Of a stretch of DNA of 64,000 bases, positions 12,718 to 26,800 are shown in pieces. Position 1 is the stretch's first letter, and each line of letters begins with the position of its first letter. The stretch is from Trichoplax adhaerens (Eukaryota > Animalia > Placozoa). Location: positions 217,744-281,743 of the forward strand of contig NW_002060974.1 of the NCBI RefSeq assembly GCF_000150275.1, read 5' to 3'. The position numbers and the translations under genes were made by a program. The notes below the pieces were generated by a model. It made no database searches, was not told the origin of the DNA, and saw only the letters and a list, made by a program, of their open reading frames with translations.

Positions 12718-15700
12718 TTAAGATTTTTTACCATTGAGCTTATGATTAATTTCTGATGCAATAACTTTGGCAATAGCCAGCGACGAAGTTGCCCCCGGCG
12801 ATGGAGCATTTCGAACATGTAGAATTAATTGACCGATATTGCCGGGAGGGCTATCGAATATGAAGTCATCGACTAGGTTGCCATCAGTATCCAAGGCTTG
12901 AGCTCTAACACCTGCTGGTCCCCTAATTTAGCAATAAATTAGAATTACAAAATTAAAAGAAAGGTAAGTATTTTTTTGCGACTTTCATTAAAGTAGACAG
13001 TACTTTATTTTTACTACCTGACAACGTCGTCAATTTGAAGCTTTGGGACATAACGCTGCAATTGCTGTATCTGTGCCGGCAAAAAGGCATTTCTGATTGT
13101 TTCTTGAATACCAAATTGCCAATGTTTGCAAAGTAACTTTATTAATCCTTTATTACTGATAGATTCCATTAGTTGTTGAGGATTAATATCAGTGAAGCGA
13201 TAACCTTCACGCGATAAAGCCAGTATTGCATTTGGGCCGAGCCATACTTCCCCATTTATTTTAGGAGTAAAATGTACTCCTAGAAATGGCAAATCAGGAT
13301 TAGGAACCTATCGTAGGTAATAAATGAAAAAAATATTTTCTTTCAAGTGTGCAGAATTTTTATAAAATCGCTAATATCGCGATACTGAAATTTAAAAATT
13401 TTATCTATAGTTAACTAGTGCACTTACCGGATAGATATTACCGTTGATAAGATTACTTTTGTTTTTTCGTAAAACTAAATAGTTTCCGCGAAATGGTACA
13501 ATTTTCGGTTCGGATTCGCATCCTGATTTGGACGCAAGGCGATCGGAATACAATCCGCAACATGTAATGACAAACCTACTTTTGATATTTTCCTTATGCT
13601 GGAGGTAACAACACCGGCGTTAATCTACGATTACTGATGCATACAGTAATATCTTGACAACAATAGACTATAATATTCATTTCCTACTTTGTCCTTGGCG
13701 TGAATAACAATCTGAGGACGTATCTCTATTTGCAAAAACGGTTAAACATCTATCAATCACGTATATTTACATCATACGAATACAGCGGTATCATGAAGCA
13801 ATAGTGACTATTTGGTATTTATTTTGTTAAAAAAATAAGCTTTACGCTACCTGTGGAAGATTTAGAACTTTCTGTGTAATCAAACTTGGTAACCTATAAA
13901 AAAATATAAGAAGATACTTTAGTTAGGCACGGATAATTTGTTTTACTATTAATTCTTAGATTAACTAGCGCTATTGGTTCGTGTTTCTTTGGCATAGATA
14001 ACTAAAAGAGATATCCAAATTAATAATAATTGAAAATAAATGTTTATGACCTCGTAATCTAAAATGATATCACCACCAAAGTTACGAATATCCTCAGAAT
14101 AAGACTTCGCTACTTGTCCATAGTCTACAATACCGGTATGAGGAACGTATATAGCAGCAATACCCTGCAATTATGTCAGAAAAAGCACCGACTGCTATCT
14201 TAATGCATAAGTATTTTATAATTTACTTCTATGAGAAGTTTAATAAAGCATCGAAAAGGTGATTTTGTATTATAAAATTTGCGAGAATTTCTAAGTCTGA
14301 GGAGAAAATGGCTACTTTTATATACTACGCTATATCGAAAAGGTGAGCATTTTTTGTAATCAATTATATTATCTTAACGTGTACGTATCTTAGTTTTACG
14401 ATATTGAAAGAGCTTCTATTTAAATTTACCTCACAGTTTGGTTCTAATGTTTTCAGTTCTTCTTTGGAAATCAATCTGATATCGCGAACGCCATTTTGCA
14501 ATCCTCTTTCATAAAGATTCTTTAATCTGGTCATTTCATTTTTTTCCACAGCAACTATAACCTAGATAATAGACTTTAAAAGCTTAGTAATCTAATGCTG
14601 CATATATAAAATTTAATAATTGTTATATAATTAATCAAGTTGTGCAACAATAGTACTCCTTCTCAAAAAACTACCATTGTACTCGTAATGAGCTAATGCA
14701 GGTAAATTAATTATAGCCTCATCGATGCAAAATAAGAAAGATGGAAAGACGTAATTGGACTTCTATTTTACAATCATAGTAACAATGCTGCACTTACCTT
14801 TCCACACTTTTTGTATTGGACTTTACTCTTATCGCAATATTCATACATTAAATTAGCTCCTTCGACGCATAACTTGGCTTTTAATGAGCCAGGCACATAA
14901 TAGACGCCACTATGGATAACACCACTATTATGAGTGGATTGATGCTGAGCTGTATAGGCAAGTTATTAATTCAGGCAAGAATCCTTTAAGACTGTGTTAT
15001 AGTGCATAATATCTAAGGCAATTACTGAATTCAGTATCTCCTATTTATCATATGATGTACATATCATAACCGAACATATTTAAGGTAAAATTTTACACCT
15101 CTATTTTAGAATAGCGTTGCTATCGTCAATGGAAGACCGAAACTGATATAATTTTTCATAGTAGCTTAAATTGGCTATCGGTATAGAATACTATAATCCA
15201 TTACCTAAGAGAGATTCCTTTTCCAGAACTGCCAACTTTAATGTTGGTTGTCTTATTAACAACTCTCTAGCAGTGGCTAAGCCAATAATTCCACCACCCA
15301 CAACAACCATATCATATTGTCTATCAGCATGGCTAATATGAATCGGTTAGTCGATAGAACAAGCATGCATATCTTACACAGTTGTGAAGAGTATGATATT
15401 CTGTTAGTATATTAACTTGATTAATTAATATGCTCAATTACCCAATGCCCATGCATGTTCGCTTGATGAAATAAATAGCATAGTAGTGATGATATTTCAG
15501 TTGCTATTGTAAAGAAGACAATGTGGCAGACTGAGATACTCTGATGTAAAAGAGCAGCATTACTAATTGTTGCTCTATCTTACATTAAACCGTATTTGGC
15601 GTTATTCTGAAGAGAAATTTTCTTTCTACAATAATGTATAAACATCTCAGAGTTCTTGCATATACGTTTAAAGTTGGATAAGATTAATATTTGAAAGTAA

Positions 15701-16134
15701 GATTTATGTACAACATATGATAATATACCTTGATGATAACACTCGCATAGATAATTATAATTTGTGCATCTGCAGTTTTGCACCTATATATACCGTTATA
15801 TACTTAATACAGCAGCATATTAATCAACTGAAGGGATTTAAAGGATGTAGTGGATCATCATCGCAACTAGATGCTGTTCATCAATAAACCCTCAGTCTTT
15901 CAGAGCTATAATCAGTTAATGTTTATGATGATGATGATGAAAAGGAATTGTAAAATTTTGCCCATTCATTAATGATTGTGTTATTTGCGTATATGTATAT
16001 GTTACGGACTATATACTTTATAGGCGTATACTATATAGATACAGTACATAAATTCAGTACCTGGTATAATTACGAAAGGCTTGAGTAAGTGATGATAAAA
16101 TGCGTGTACCAGGCATGACTTTATTTGCCAACAT
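12718..16134 (-). CDS. L2HGDH: L-2-hydroxyglutarate dehydrogenase, mitochondrial (FAD-dependent)
   Basis: Exon 16134-16061 encodes a targeting-peptide-like N-terminus ([23 protein letters not shown]). Exon 15332-15205 gives [19 protein letters not shown]. Later exons give [47 protein letters not shown] and [17 protein letters not shown], with TAA at 12720-12718. About 10 exons. Confidence 0.95.
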
Positions 16135-16376
16135 GTTGATCACTTGTCAATTTCAGGCTAGTTTACTTTTGAGAATGCCATTCAACATCAGTTTCACGTA
16201 TAGATTTGCCCTTACTAAGTGTTACTTGATATCTTATTTGTACGAATACAGCTACTGCATAGAGATGTGTTGATCGATTAGCCCCGATTTTATTGGGCGT
16301 TACCACTGGACTGTACTATAGCAACTTGATTGTAGACTAGCTACGCCTGGGAAGCGCATACGGCATCGTCTATATA

Positions 16377-17421
16377 AGAGCACAGTATGCTACCGGATGA
16401 AAAACTATTCTGATGGCATCGTTGAGACTGGCACTGGCGTCCAGTGTGGTAATGGCAACTACGTATACGCTATATGGGGGTTGAAGGGGTAAAACTACAG
16501 TATTGACAGTTCAAAATCGTGAGTTGGAGTTCAATTAGTTGGTTCTTATTTTACTAGTAATTCATCATGTTAGCAGCTTGCATGTTTGCAGCTTGCACGC
16601 TTTTATTGCGTACATTGTCTCGTCTCGATGAGAGCACAGTATGCTACAGGCTAATAAAATAAAATTGATTGTTTCGATGGCGTAGTTGAGACTGGCACTG
16701 GCGTCCAGTATGGTAATGGCAACTATGTATACGCTATATGGGTTGAAGGAGTAAAACTACAGGATTGACAGTTCGAAATCGTGAGCTGGAGTTCAATTGG
16801 TTCTTATTTTACTAGTAATTCATCCTGTTAGCAGCTTGCATGTTTGCAGTTTGCACGCTTTTATTGGGCACATCGTATCGATGAGAGCACAGTATGCTAC
16901 AGGCTGAAAAAATTATTATTCCGAAGGCGTAGTTGAGACTTAGTTGAGACTGGCACTGGCGCCCAGTATGGTAATGGCAACTATGTATCACCATATACAG
17001 TAATGGTTACATAGCGCAGTTCATTTCATACTGTGCGTTAATATATTCGTTGAAGGGATAACTACAGTATTGCCAGTTCGAAATTGTAAGCTGGAGTTCA
17101 ATTGGTGCTTATTTTACTAGTAATTCACCCTATTAGCAGCTTGCATGTTTGCAGTTTGCACGCTTTTATTGGGCACAATATCTAGATGAGAGCACAGTAG
17201 ATGCTACAGCCTGAAAAAAAATTATTCCGATGGCGTAGTTGAGACTGGCACTGGCATCCAGTATGGTTATGGCAACCATGTATCGCTAGATAGGTTGAAG
17301 GGTAACTATAGTATTGACAGTTCAAAATCGTGAGCTGGAGTTCAATTGGTTCTTGTTTACTAGTAATTCATCCTGTTAGCAGCTTGCATGTTTGCAGTTT
17401 GCACGTTTTTATTGGGCACAA
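16377..17421. repeat. Tandem array, ~254-bp unit, 4 copies, immediately upstream of L2HGDH
   Basis: AGAGCACAGTA..GCTAC starts at 16377, 16631, 16884 and 17189. The copies share TTGAGACTGGCACTGGC and TTAGCAGCTTGCATGTTTGCAG blocks. The third copy carries insertions. Confidence 0.93.
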
Positions 17422-17929
17422 TGCACTTATACTACTACAGTATACGGAAATTAGCCGTAGCTACTACCATATGCTATAAAGGACTGGCGATATTTCTGCT
17501 TGGCTTGGATCATGAAGGATCGAAGCTATAAAATGCAACGTTCTTTTTAGGTACTACAAGAACATATGCACATATACTTGAATACCTACGCAACCTTAGA
17601 TCCAAAGCTAACATGTCAACTGAAATATTATTTAGATTAACCTTAGCGAATTGAGTTGAGAGTTGCGTTGAGCACGCCAAGCATAACCAGCAAGGTTTGT
17701 TGTAGACTAGTCCATGTAATTACTAAATTACATGGAATAATCCATGGTGCTGCCAGGAACCAGGGGCTGCTAAAGAGACTCTCTTCTCTCTTTAGCCATT
17801 CCTGGTACTGCCATGTTGATGTTTGAAGTGTTGTTTCACTCACTTCACTTTTTGATACGTGGTTGTTTATCCCAGTTGGTTGACTTGGTTGTTTGTTTGC
17901 CTTTTTCACTCCAGTAAACAGTATTGATT

Positions 17930-18262
17930 GTCCATTGTGCACTGTGCAGTACAGTGTACAGTGTACAGTACAGGGTTCCAGAATGTGCAAAATGTTCCAT
18001 ACTGTACAGTACTGTACTGTTACGACTACACAGTGTACAGTGCACAGTACACTGTACTGTACACTCAACGGTCAGCTGATCCTGGACTTCAGCCATACTG
18101 TACAGTGTACAGTACCTTAAAGCCTACGGTGTCGCTCAACAATTCACTCTGGGGTAAAGAGGACTTTGACTGGACTTGTTCCTGAGTACAGTACTATAGT
18201 GTACTGTACAGTACAATACACGATAGCAGTTCCACGGTAACTGACTGACTGACTGACTGACG
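17930..18262. repeat. Low-complexity GTAC/ACTGTACAGT palindromic tract plus (GACT)5
   Basis: Dense ACAGTAC/ACTGTAC words, for example AGTGTACAGTGCACAGTACACTGTACTGTACACT (~18032-18065), and ACTGACTGACTGACTGACTGAC at 18240-18261. Confidence 0.85.
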
Positions 18263-20884
18263 TGTCGCGACGGCAAAACGTTTGTCCGTACAATCGTACG
18301 ATACTGAAATTCACTGAAATTCACTTGGCAGTCAATGCAAGTTTGAAAGGGAAGAATTTTCTGTAGCTGGATTCATAAAATTGGATTGCAGTAGTGCTGC
18401 GCTATTGCTAGCCATTAAAAGGAAAAGGAATTAAATTGGCTGATTATGTTGATTCTTGATGCTGTTAGAAAGGCTTACATGTAGCTAAGATTGGTACAGT
18501 TGGCTAGTTTTTCGCCGACATTTCCCTGACAGGTTAGTTTGGAAAACATTGCAAAAATTGAATTTTTGTTCACTGAACGAATGAATTCTTTTGACATTAG
18601 TCCATCATGGCATAAAATTGCACTTTCAACGTAATATCTTGTCTATGGATATCCCATGACGTTGTTCATTTTTCCATTCTGTGGAAGAATAGATTGAACG
18701 CTACTTGAGTAAGGAAAAGTTTCTTGATAAAAAAAAAATGACGACTCTATCACTTTCTTGAAGAGTGCAAATTTCCTCGTCCAGTAAGGGTAACAGACCT
18801 GTATTCAGTCAACTTTCTACCAGTCCACTCTGTAGTCGAGTAGTCAGCGATTTTAACTAACTAGTAAATCAATCAATACCACTGCTAACACATAGGGACT
18901 CACTTATGTGGCCTGATACTATCTATCAATAGTATGAGTCTACTTCAACGTAGAGAAGAGCATAACCCAACGCCTTCTTCGACGATTGCAGGTGGGACTC
19001 TTTGTAAAATTCATATTGCCTCATAATAATTCGGTACCATACTAAGAATGACTTGAAGTAGTGTACGAGCTATAATTGGACAGCTTGCTATCCCCCCTAG
19101 GAAGGTATCATTATATTGACGATAGCATAGTAAAGAAACCATTCATAAGGGAAATAGGAGATGATTGCTATGACTTAATAGACCATCATCGATAAAGTAT
19201 GACAAAAAAATAGGCCTACATTGATAAAAGGGTATACTGAATTTCATTTCTATCAGCCATAATACCAATTGCATATATTCAGAAGCCATCTTTCAAAGGC
19301 AGATCGCTTTTCATCCGAATGGCCAAGTTTGAGTGCAACGCTTGTACTGTAAACGATTACAATTGCTCTGATAATGAACAAGTCAATTATTTAAAGTTGA
19401 ACTTGTTGATCGACACATTTTATCCAATGTATACTACTCATTGAATTCTTATTGCATGCCTACCTATTTCTAATGCTTGGATAGGCGAGTAGACGGAATG
19501 ATTGGTCAAGTTCTGTATTATGATTTACCGTATGTCCATTCACAACGTAAACATCTATAAACTAGTTTTAGTAGGACGAGATGGATACTCGTATACATTA
19601 TCGATTGCCACTATTTTCTTCTACGCTTCCTGACTACGAGTGATATTTTTCGCTTACATATGGGCCTGCATATATATAGACAACATAATAAGAAAGAAAT
19701 GCTATAAAATTCAATTCTTTACGTTAATGTTTTAATCAAAGCGACTGGTAGTTATGCTTAAATCAACATAAGTCCTCCCTGTCTCCTTCATATGAAGCCA
19801 TGATAGCAAGCAATTGGACATGATGAAGTTGTTACACGCATAGTCTGATTTTGTAGGACTCTGACGCATACTGTACATATCAGCGTAGCACGGTAAGAAT
19901 TGAATAATTATTCAAGTTTTTATCTTATTTTACTTGCGTATCAGTAACAGGGTATTAGTTCAAATGTGCTAGTAATCAAGAAATACAATATAGTCAATCC
20001 CATAGAGGTGAAAGATTTTTTTACCTCGATAATCAAGTCCGTTCGTAAAATCTAGACTTTTCTTTATTGCAATAAAATTGAATTTTACAATTGAACCTTT
20101 CTGACTTGAAATCGTTTTATTAATGATGATATGTAATCTTATTGATCTTGTTGTTGTACTAGACTCTTTAGCTGTTACCGTCAGTAAATTAAAAGTCTTC
20201 AATGTCGTCGACATACACGTAACTACCTATACGACTATGATCGATATAATTTAACCTCCAGTCAGTAATTTAGTTTTCTTGTCTTCGTTTGCATAGAATA
20301 ATTGCAACTATTATAATATCTGCTTTTTACTATTAATGACCATTCTATGATCGGTGAATCATAACATAACAAGCTTAAGATTAACAATATCTTATTTAAT
20401 TACTTATTTTTTCGAACGTATCCATTAGATTTGTAAGAATTATAATACTGTATACGTGTATTTTATATTCTGAAACACGGCTGCACTAGAGAACCACGTA
20501 TAAGTATATGTACGCGTACAGTGTGATTGTTTAAGCGTTTACAAAGTTTTTGCTAGGTCGTCTAGAAGCAATTCTTATCGGCTTCCCACTTAATTGACAC
20601 ACAAAAAAATGATCTATTTCCTTAATACAGTACCATGTAATATAACATTGCATACAAAACTGCAAGTGTTCTTTCAATTAAGAGAAATGTCTTCAAAATT
20701 TGGGGATGCATTTTGCTCCTCCGTGATATATACTGTATACAGTACAGTATATGTATCGCTAACTGATGCTTGAATTCTTACTGCTTATTATAATAATTAT
20801 TATTGACTAACAAGGTGTATGATGTTGTTGCTCTATTTTTAATTTATCGGTGTTGATGAATTTTGTTGACGGTGGTAAAGCGAT

Positions 20885-23800
20885 ATGGAGTGGTATGAAC
20901 AGGACGATACCTTAGCCAGATTGAAAGGTTGCTTTCGAACGCTGTATCGCAAGGTAATCTAAAGGACTTCATTTCTTAATCTATGATACAGTACAGTAAA
21001 GTATGTACAGTACTGTAATAACCCACGTTAAATTATGTAAACAACTTGATAGTGCTACGTATTCACGACGTGATTCCAAGCATCGAAATCTTGACGTCAC
21101 GATTCGATTAGGAGAATCGCTTCCATTGATTGCTTATATTATATAAAATAAAATAAAAATCGCTTTGTACAATTGGCATAACAGTCCTCCATCGATACGT
21201 ACTGTATATGTTGACACGACATTTAATTTATAAAGAACTAGACCACTTATTTATTTTCTCAAACGATACCTATATCTCCATTTTTTAATTAACTACTTGA
21301 CATATGATAAGTAAGATAAATCTAACTTGATCTCAGTGCATTTCGATGTCTCTCTTGAGGATTGAAACTATTACCACTTAATATCAAATTCTAGTATTGT
21401 AATAGCTACCGGTCCATTTTCTTGACAAAAAAGTAACGCGTTGAACTTTCTTTCGCATCATCATCATATAAATAATCAGTCACAATGTAGGCTAGATTTT
21501 GGGGAAGTACTTCCATTGGACAGCCCAGATCTAGTCTAAAAGTCTAAAGTATAGTTTACTTTTAATAAAATTAAGGAATGAGTCAATTCTCTCAAAAACC
21601 CCAACAGATGTAGTCAAATAAATAGATAACTAATTATCTGTATTCATGATCCTACAGTATCCTGGCATCATTAATAATAGTTGCTACTGTTGCCATCATT
21701 TAGTTAATTTGTTGCAGTATCTTTCTGATACAATATGTACACTTATTTGCTCAATATAAGCATTTCTACCATGTCAATATGATATTGTATATTTCTTACT
21801 ATTAAATAAGTAAGATAATGACTGCGATCCTAACTAATAGTATGTATTTTGGGGGGATATTACCATCTTACTTGCTTACTACCCCATAAATGCGTAGCCT
21901 ACCCAGTTTTAGATTTCGATATACTTCTTAGGACATTTTTTATCACAATAGTAATGTAGCGCATTAAATTTTAACCTCTTTTCTCTCTAATAATTTAAAT
22001 CTGCCTAAATGGTGCCATGTTTGCAATTTAAAGTCAATTGTTGTTATTGTAATAGAGCAACTTTTAAAGCCTCTGTAATAGTCTCTTCATTATCTTGATC
22101 TATTTTATTAGCTAGTCTGGGTGACTATAAATTGTATGGGTATGATATCCCTGCACAATAAGTATACTATCAGTCTCCTTAAGCTACTGAATTGATAAAT
22201 TTAACTTAGCGCCTTCATGCCAAACAAAGACAAATTTTTCTCTCGTTCTTGGCAAATCCCTATCAATATGGTCTACATTTTTTTTAAGTATTAGTTTACC
22301 CGGTTTCATCAGATTTCAACTATTTGCTATAATAAAGCAAATCCTGCTACAGTTGACTTTATAAAGAAGCGGACTAAACAGCGTTTAAAGGAAGGATGAT
22401 CAACGTACATAAGAATATTCCATATTGACCGTACCAACCATTGTTGAAAGAATATCCGTGAAAAGACAATGCAAATACAGTTTACATGCATTTACAAGCA
22501 GTGGATGCATATAAGCCGTACTTCTCTAGGCTAATATCCTGTTACCTTAGCATTAGTGATATAGTATCTTTGTGCTTATTGTAGTATTTTCCGACAACTT
22601 CTGGGATTGATTTTACACTTGAACTATATTGCTGTCGAGATTGACCTTTGTAGAAAATTTGAATTCGCAGTCCGAAAATTCCTAAGTCACTGCGTTGTAC
22701 CTAAAATTAGTTGATTGTCCTTGACTAATTCATTATTTAGCGAATAAATGGATATTTCTCCGAAATAGTAATTTATTACTGTATTTCATTTTTTCTATTA
22801 TAATATTAATTGTAAACGAGTATGAAGCATAAAAAAAAACTACTGTATTACGGTGTTTAGAAATACAGGAAACAGAAGATACAGTAGAGTTGAATAAATA
22901 TTTTCTGCTACTACAATACCGATGCTAATTTAATTAGAGATCATTATAACTTTACCCTTGCTGGTACTGTATTGGAACACGATAGTACATATTAAATTGA
23001 CAACGCATTTAACGAATTAAATCTGGTGAAATTTGTCTGTGATAGGCTAGTTTTAGATGGAATCGTTATTAGCCATAGCTGTATGATTTTCTTGTTAGAC
23101 TATAATCTATTATAATTATTTATCAGTTATCAATTCCCGTAATTCAATGAAGCAAAGGACAGATAATTGGAGTAAATTAGTTGATAATAAATTACTGTAA
23201 TAGTCTAGAAATCGCTATGATGATGGTAATAGTATTATTTATTTGTAATTAGAATGGTACAGTATATGCGGTATATTTACTTAAAACTCATTATCTTATG
23301 ACCTATGAATTTTATGATAAATGGTTAGTTGTAGAATTTAGTATTTTTACACCAATGATCAAATTGTAGATTGAATTGAAAGTTTTATTCGTTGCACTAA
23401 TATGTAATGGTGGTAAGGTGGCAAAATTATAAAAAACCATAGACTTAGTAACGTAGAAATAATATTAACCTTAAAATTATATATAAAAAACAAGTAGCAA
23501 CAAAATTTAAAAAGCATTTCTTAGGTATAATTAATGCAATTCTCACACCACGTGGACAGTTTCTTGCAATTGTAAAAGCAGATGTAGTCGATTAATTAAA
23601 CAAATGTCCTGAAGCGATAAAAAAATTTTTCACGCTTCCCTTTTAATTGAATTCTCAATTCATTGGTCTCATGTATATTTTAGTAACCTGGCATGAACTC
23701 AAATGGAACTTATTAACATACTAGTAAATAATTAACTATCATGTCATTAGATATCATTAGATAAGATATACTCACTCAATACGATCTTAACGGATTAAAA

Positions 23801-26800
23801 TGCCTCTATTCATATGCACAAAGTACATTTTTGATCATATATCAAACTATATTCGTGTAATTATAATCGCTCATTCTTTACAGTGGTATAGTAGGATTCT
23901 TTCTTAAAGATTAAAAATTAAATGCTGTCGTTTTAATATTAAAACTAAAATTATCTGTGCAATATAATATCAGTCATGGTACTGTACGTAGATAGTATGC
24001 ACTTATAGCGCTTTAAAACTGAAAGATAATCCGATGACAACATTTTAAGATTTATCGCAAGTGAACTGATTTATTATGTATGGAATCACTTTTTGACAAC
24101 CAGTCGTTAAATCTGTTTTATTTTGTAATCGTATTATTTGCAATCATTTCATTTTATATAAATCAGTTCTTTAAACCTTGTCATAGTCTTGTAAACTACT
24201 GTTATGAAAATAAAGATACTTCGTCTTCCTATTAGTTTGTATAATCCTGTTTGTGAATATTGAGAAATAATTATTCAATATTCGTATTTCGGATCAGTTT
24301 AATTCCCGTCTATACTTCATTACAATGATTTGATTTGTCCTTAGGACAATTCCCTGCAATACTTAGATCATAAAAGAGTTAATCTGTTGCAAAATTACTA
24401 AGATAAAGTTTTAAAGAATACAGATTATTCGTTTTCCTATCTTTAGCACTTTAAATACTCATTAGTGTATTAAAATTCAGCCTGATTAATTAGTTTTTAC
24501 TGACTGTATGTTGTAGACGATACTACAAGTATTATACTGATAAATTTGAATTATTAAATGTTTACATAAATATAGGCGTTGGAAAATGCAATCCCTGACT
24601 TAACGATTGCCGACGAAGGATTAGAGCATTTAGACAAACTAATGATACGATTGCTTGTTATAATATGCGCTTGTTTACCGCATACCGTAGCCGATGTGGA
24701 AGAGTATATATTGGACACTTTTCCTAACCCAATCGATGAATCAGTAATTAGTGAAGCTAGAGGGATGTTAGAAAAAGGAAAGAAAAGAAGTCATCTATCG
24801 GCCTGCGTTGATAAGTTCCATTCAGTCCTTCAAAAGGTAATTTCTGCGTTATGTAGCATTATTAAAGTGCTTTACATTGTGTAATTACTTTCATATTGTG
24901 TGAAGAATTTTATACGTTTGCATTTCGGTTTGTAGGATATCCTTTGCTATAAGATAGATCAGCAATTATCCTTATATGTTATAACCGTAGCGGATTACTT
25001 AATATGTAATATATTGAAGGTATATATGCATGCTTTGAATTTGGATTTTCTAATATTAATTGATGGTTCCCAATAATAATTATTGAAAAATATTACATTA
25101 TCACTTATTTTATACTTTATGTAACAACTTGTTGATCAAAATGTCACAAATGGTAGCTGACTGGTACGTACATCAGAAATATAAAACATACAGAAATTGG
25201 CAGTCAAGATATTAAAATCGCGATGTTTGCTAATAATCCGTTGCAAGAATTATTTAACCGTGACGTTGACCAAATACATGAGGTATATGCAATATACTCG
25301 CCTACTAGATTTTTCAGCATTAAGCTATATTATTTGTTTCGTCAATTAATTATAATCATATTTTATTAGAGACTGTGCAATTTTTTGTTACATCGGTGAT
25401 ATTTAATACTTTCTCTGTATACAAAGGAAATGGGTCGAGACACCTTTATTCCTTACGAAACATTGGTAAAAGAGTTACTTTTAGAGGAGCAACAGTTTAT
25501 TCGGGATTTAAACCTTATTACAAAGGTACTTTACTAATCAATGGATTATGAAACACCATGAATTTAAATTTTTTCTAATAGATTCTTCAAATTGATATTT
25601 GCAAATAACGTTAATTACTCAACTACTATTAATCGATTAGATATTTAGAGAACCATTTATTACCGCGGCTCATCTGTTTTCTGAAAGGGTAAGTTCAATC
25701 CTCCCTCCATTCCTTTTATTCTGTATAAACAATAATCATCATGTTAATGTATTTCTTTACTTTAGGAGGTACAGCGGTTATTTTCCAACGTTGATGACAT
25801 TTACGAATTTTCCGTAAGCTTCCTTGGATTATTGGAAGATACGATTGAAATGGCGGACAATGATACGGAACAATATACTCAAGTTGGTGATTGCTTTTTA
25901 GAAATGGCTGAGGTACAGTATTACTTACTTTTCGGTACGCTAGTTTTATAACTATATATTTAGATCGAACCGTAGATATACCTAGGTATGTCTGCGATGC
26001 AATGCAAGAATGTTCTCGTTTGACTATTAATTTTGTCATAATGATATTTAGGCTGAAGAGTTTAGCGTGTATGATACTTATTGTACATCCTTAAGGGAAT
26101 CTTCAAAAGTTTGGTCAAATATATTACAGAAACCGGAAGTATTAACTTATTGTCAGGTACTGCTTTGCATTTGCTTTCGGCGATGTCATTGAAATATTAA
26201 TAGTATTCTATTCTGTACTCTTATTTCTCTTTTGATATTATTACACGTCGCATCACTTTAAACAGATGGTACCTTTTTATTGCCTAATCAGTTTGTAACT
26301 AACATGATAACTGCATTGCGTAGTTAGTAAGCTGATCGACAATGTCTTTCTTCTTATAATATTTCTATGTTTACTACCACATTACATAGGTATGCAAGCC
26401 AAATATACTTGTATACTTATATTACTTAAAGTGTATGTTATGGTGTACCGTATTTACAAGAAATTCTTTTCTATTAATTATGAACTGTATTGCATTCATT
26501 CTATTAATGACATTACTTCGATATGATTATGCACGAATGTAATAGCTACAGTTATTATTCGATGACAGTCATATGGTAGTATGTCTTATTTGAAATCTAT
26601 TCATTTTATGCTGGCATAAAATAATGATCAGTTGTTAATGTATATTTTGCTGATTTATGTACATGCAATTATTTTATGTAACCTTAAATCTTTATAACGC
26701 GTATCATTTTAATGTCTGATACTTAAGAATAGAGTATACTGTATTTCATATAGTGCATTCGTACGTCGCATATATTTTTCTTTGTCTTTGCGTGTAAATA

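Noticed and set aside
4446-17421. Tandem arrays as CRISPR, snoRNA or snRNA clusters
   Set aside because: The context is eukaryotic and there is no repeat-spacer structure. An ATGATGA (C-box-like) word in array 2 lacks a matching CTGA D box, and the ACA/H-box-like words in array 1 lack convincing double hairpins. No Sm site was seen.
17643-18324. Cys/Thr/Val-rich ORFs on both strands
   Set aside because: They are artefacts of the stop-poor GTAC palindromic tract.
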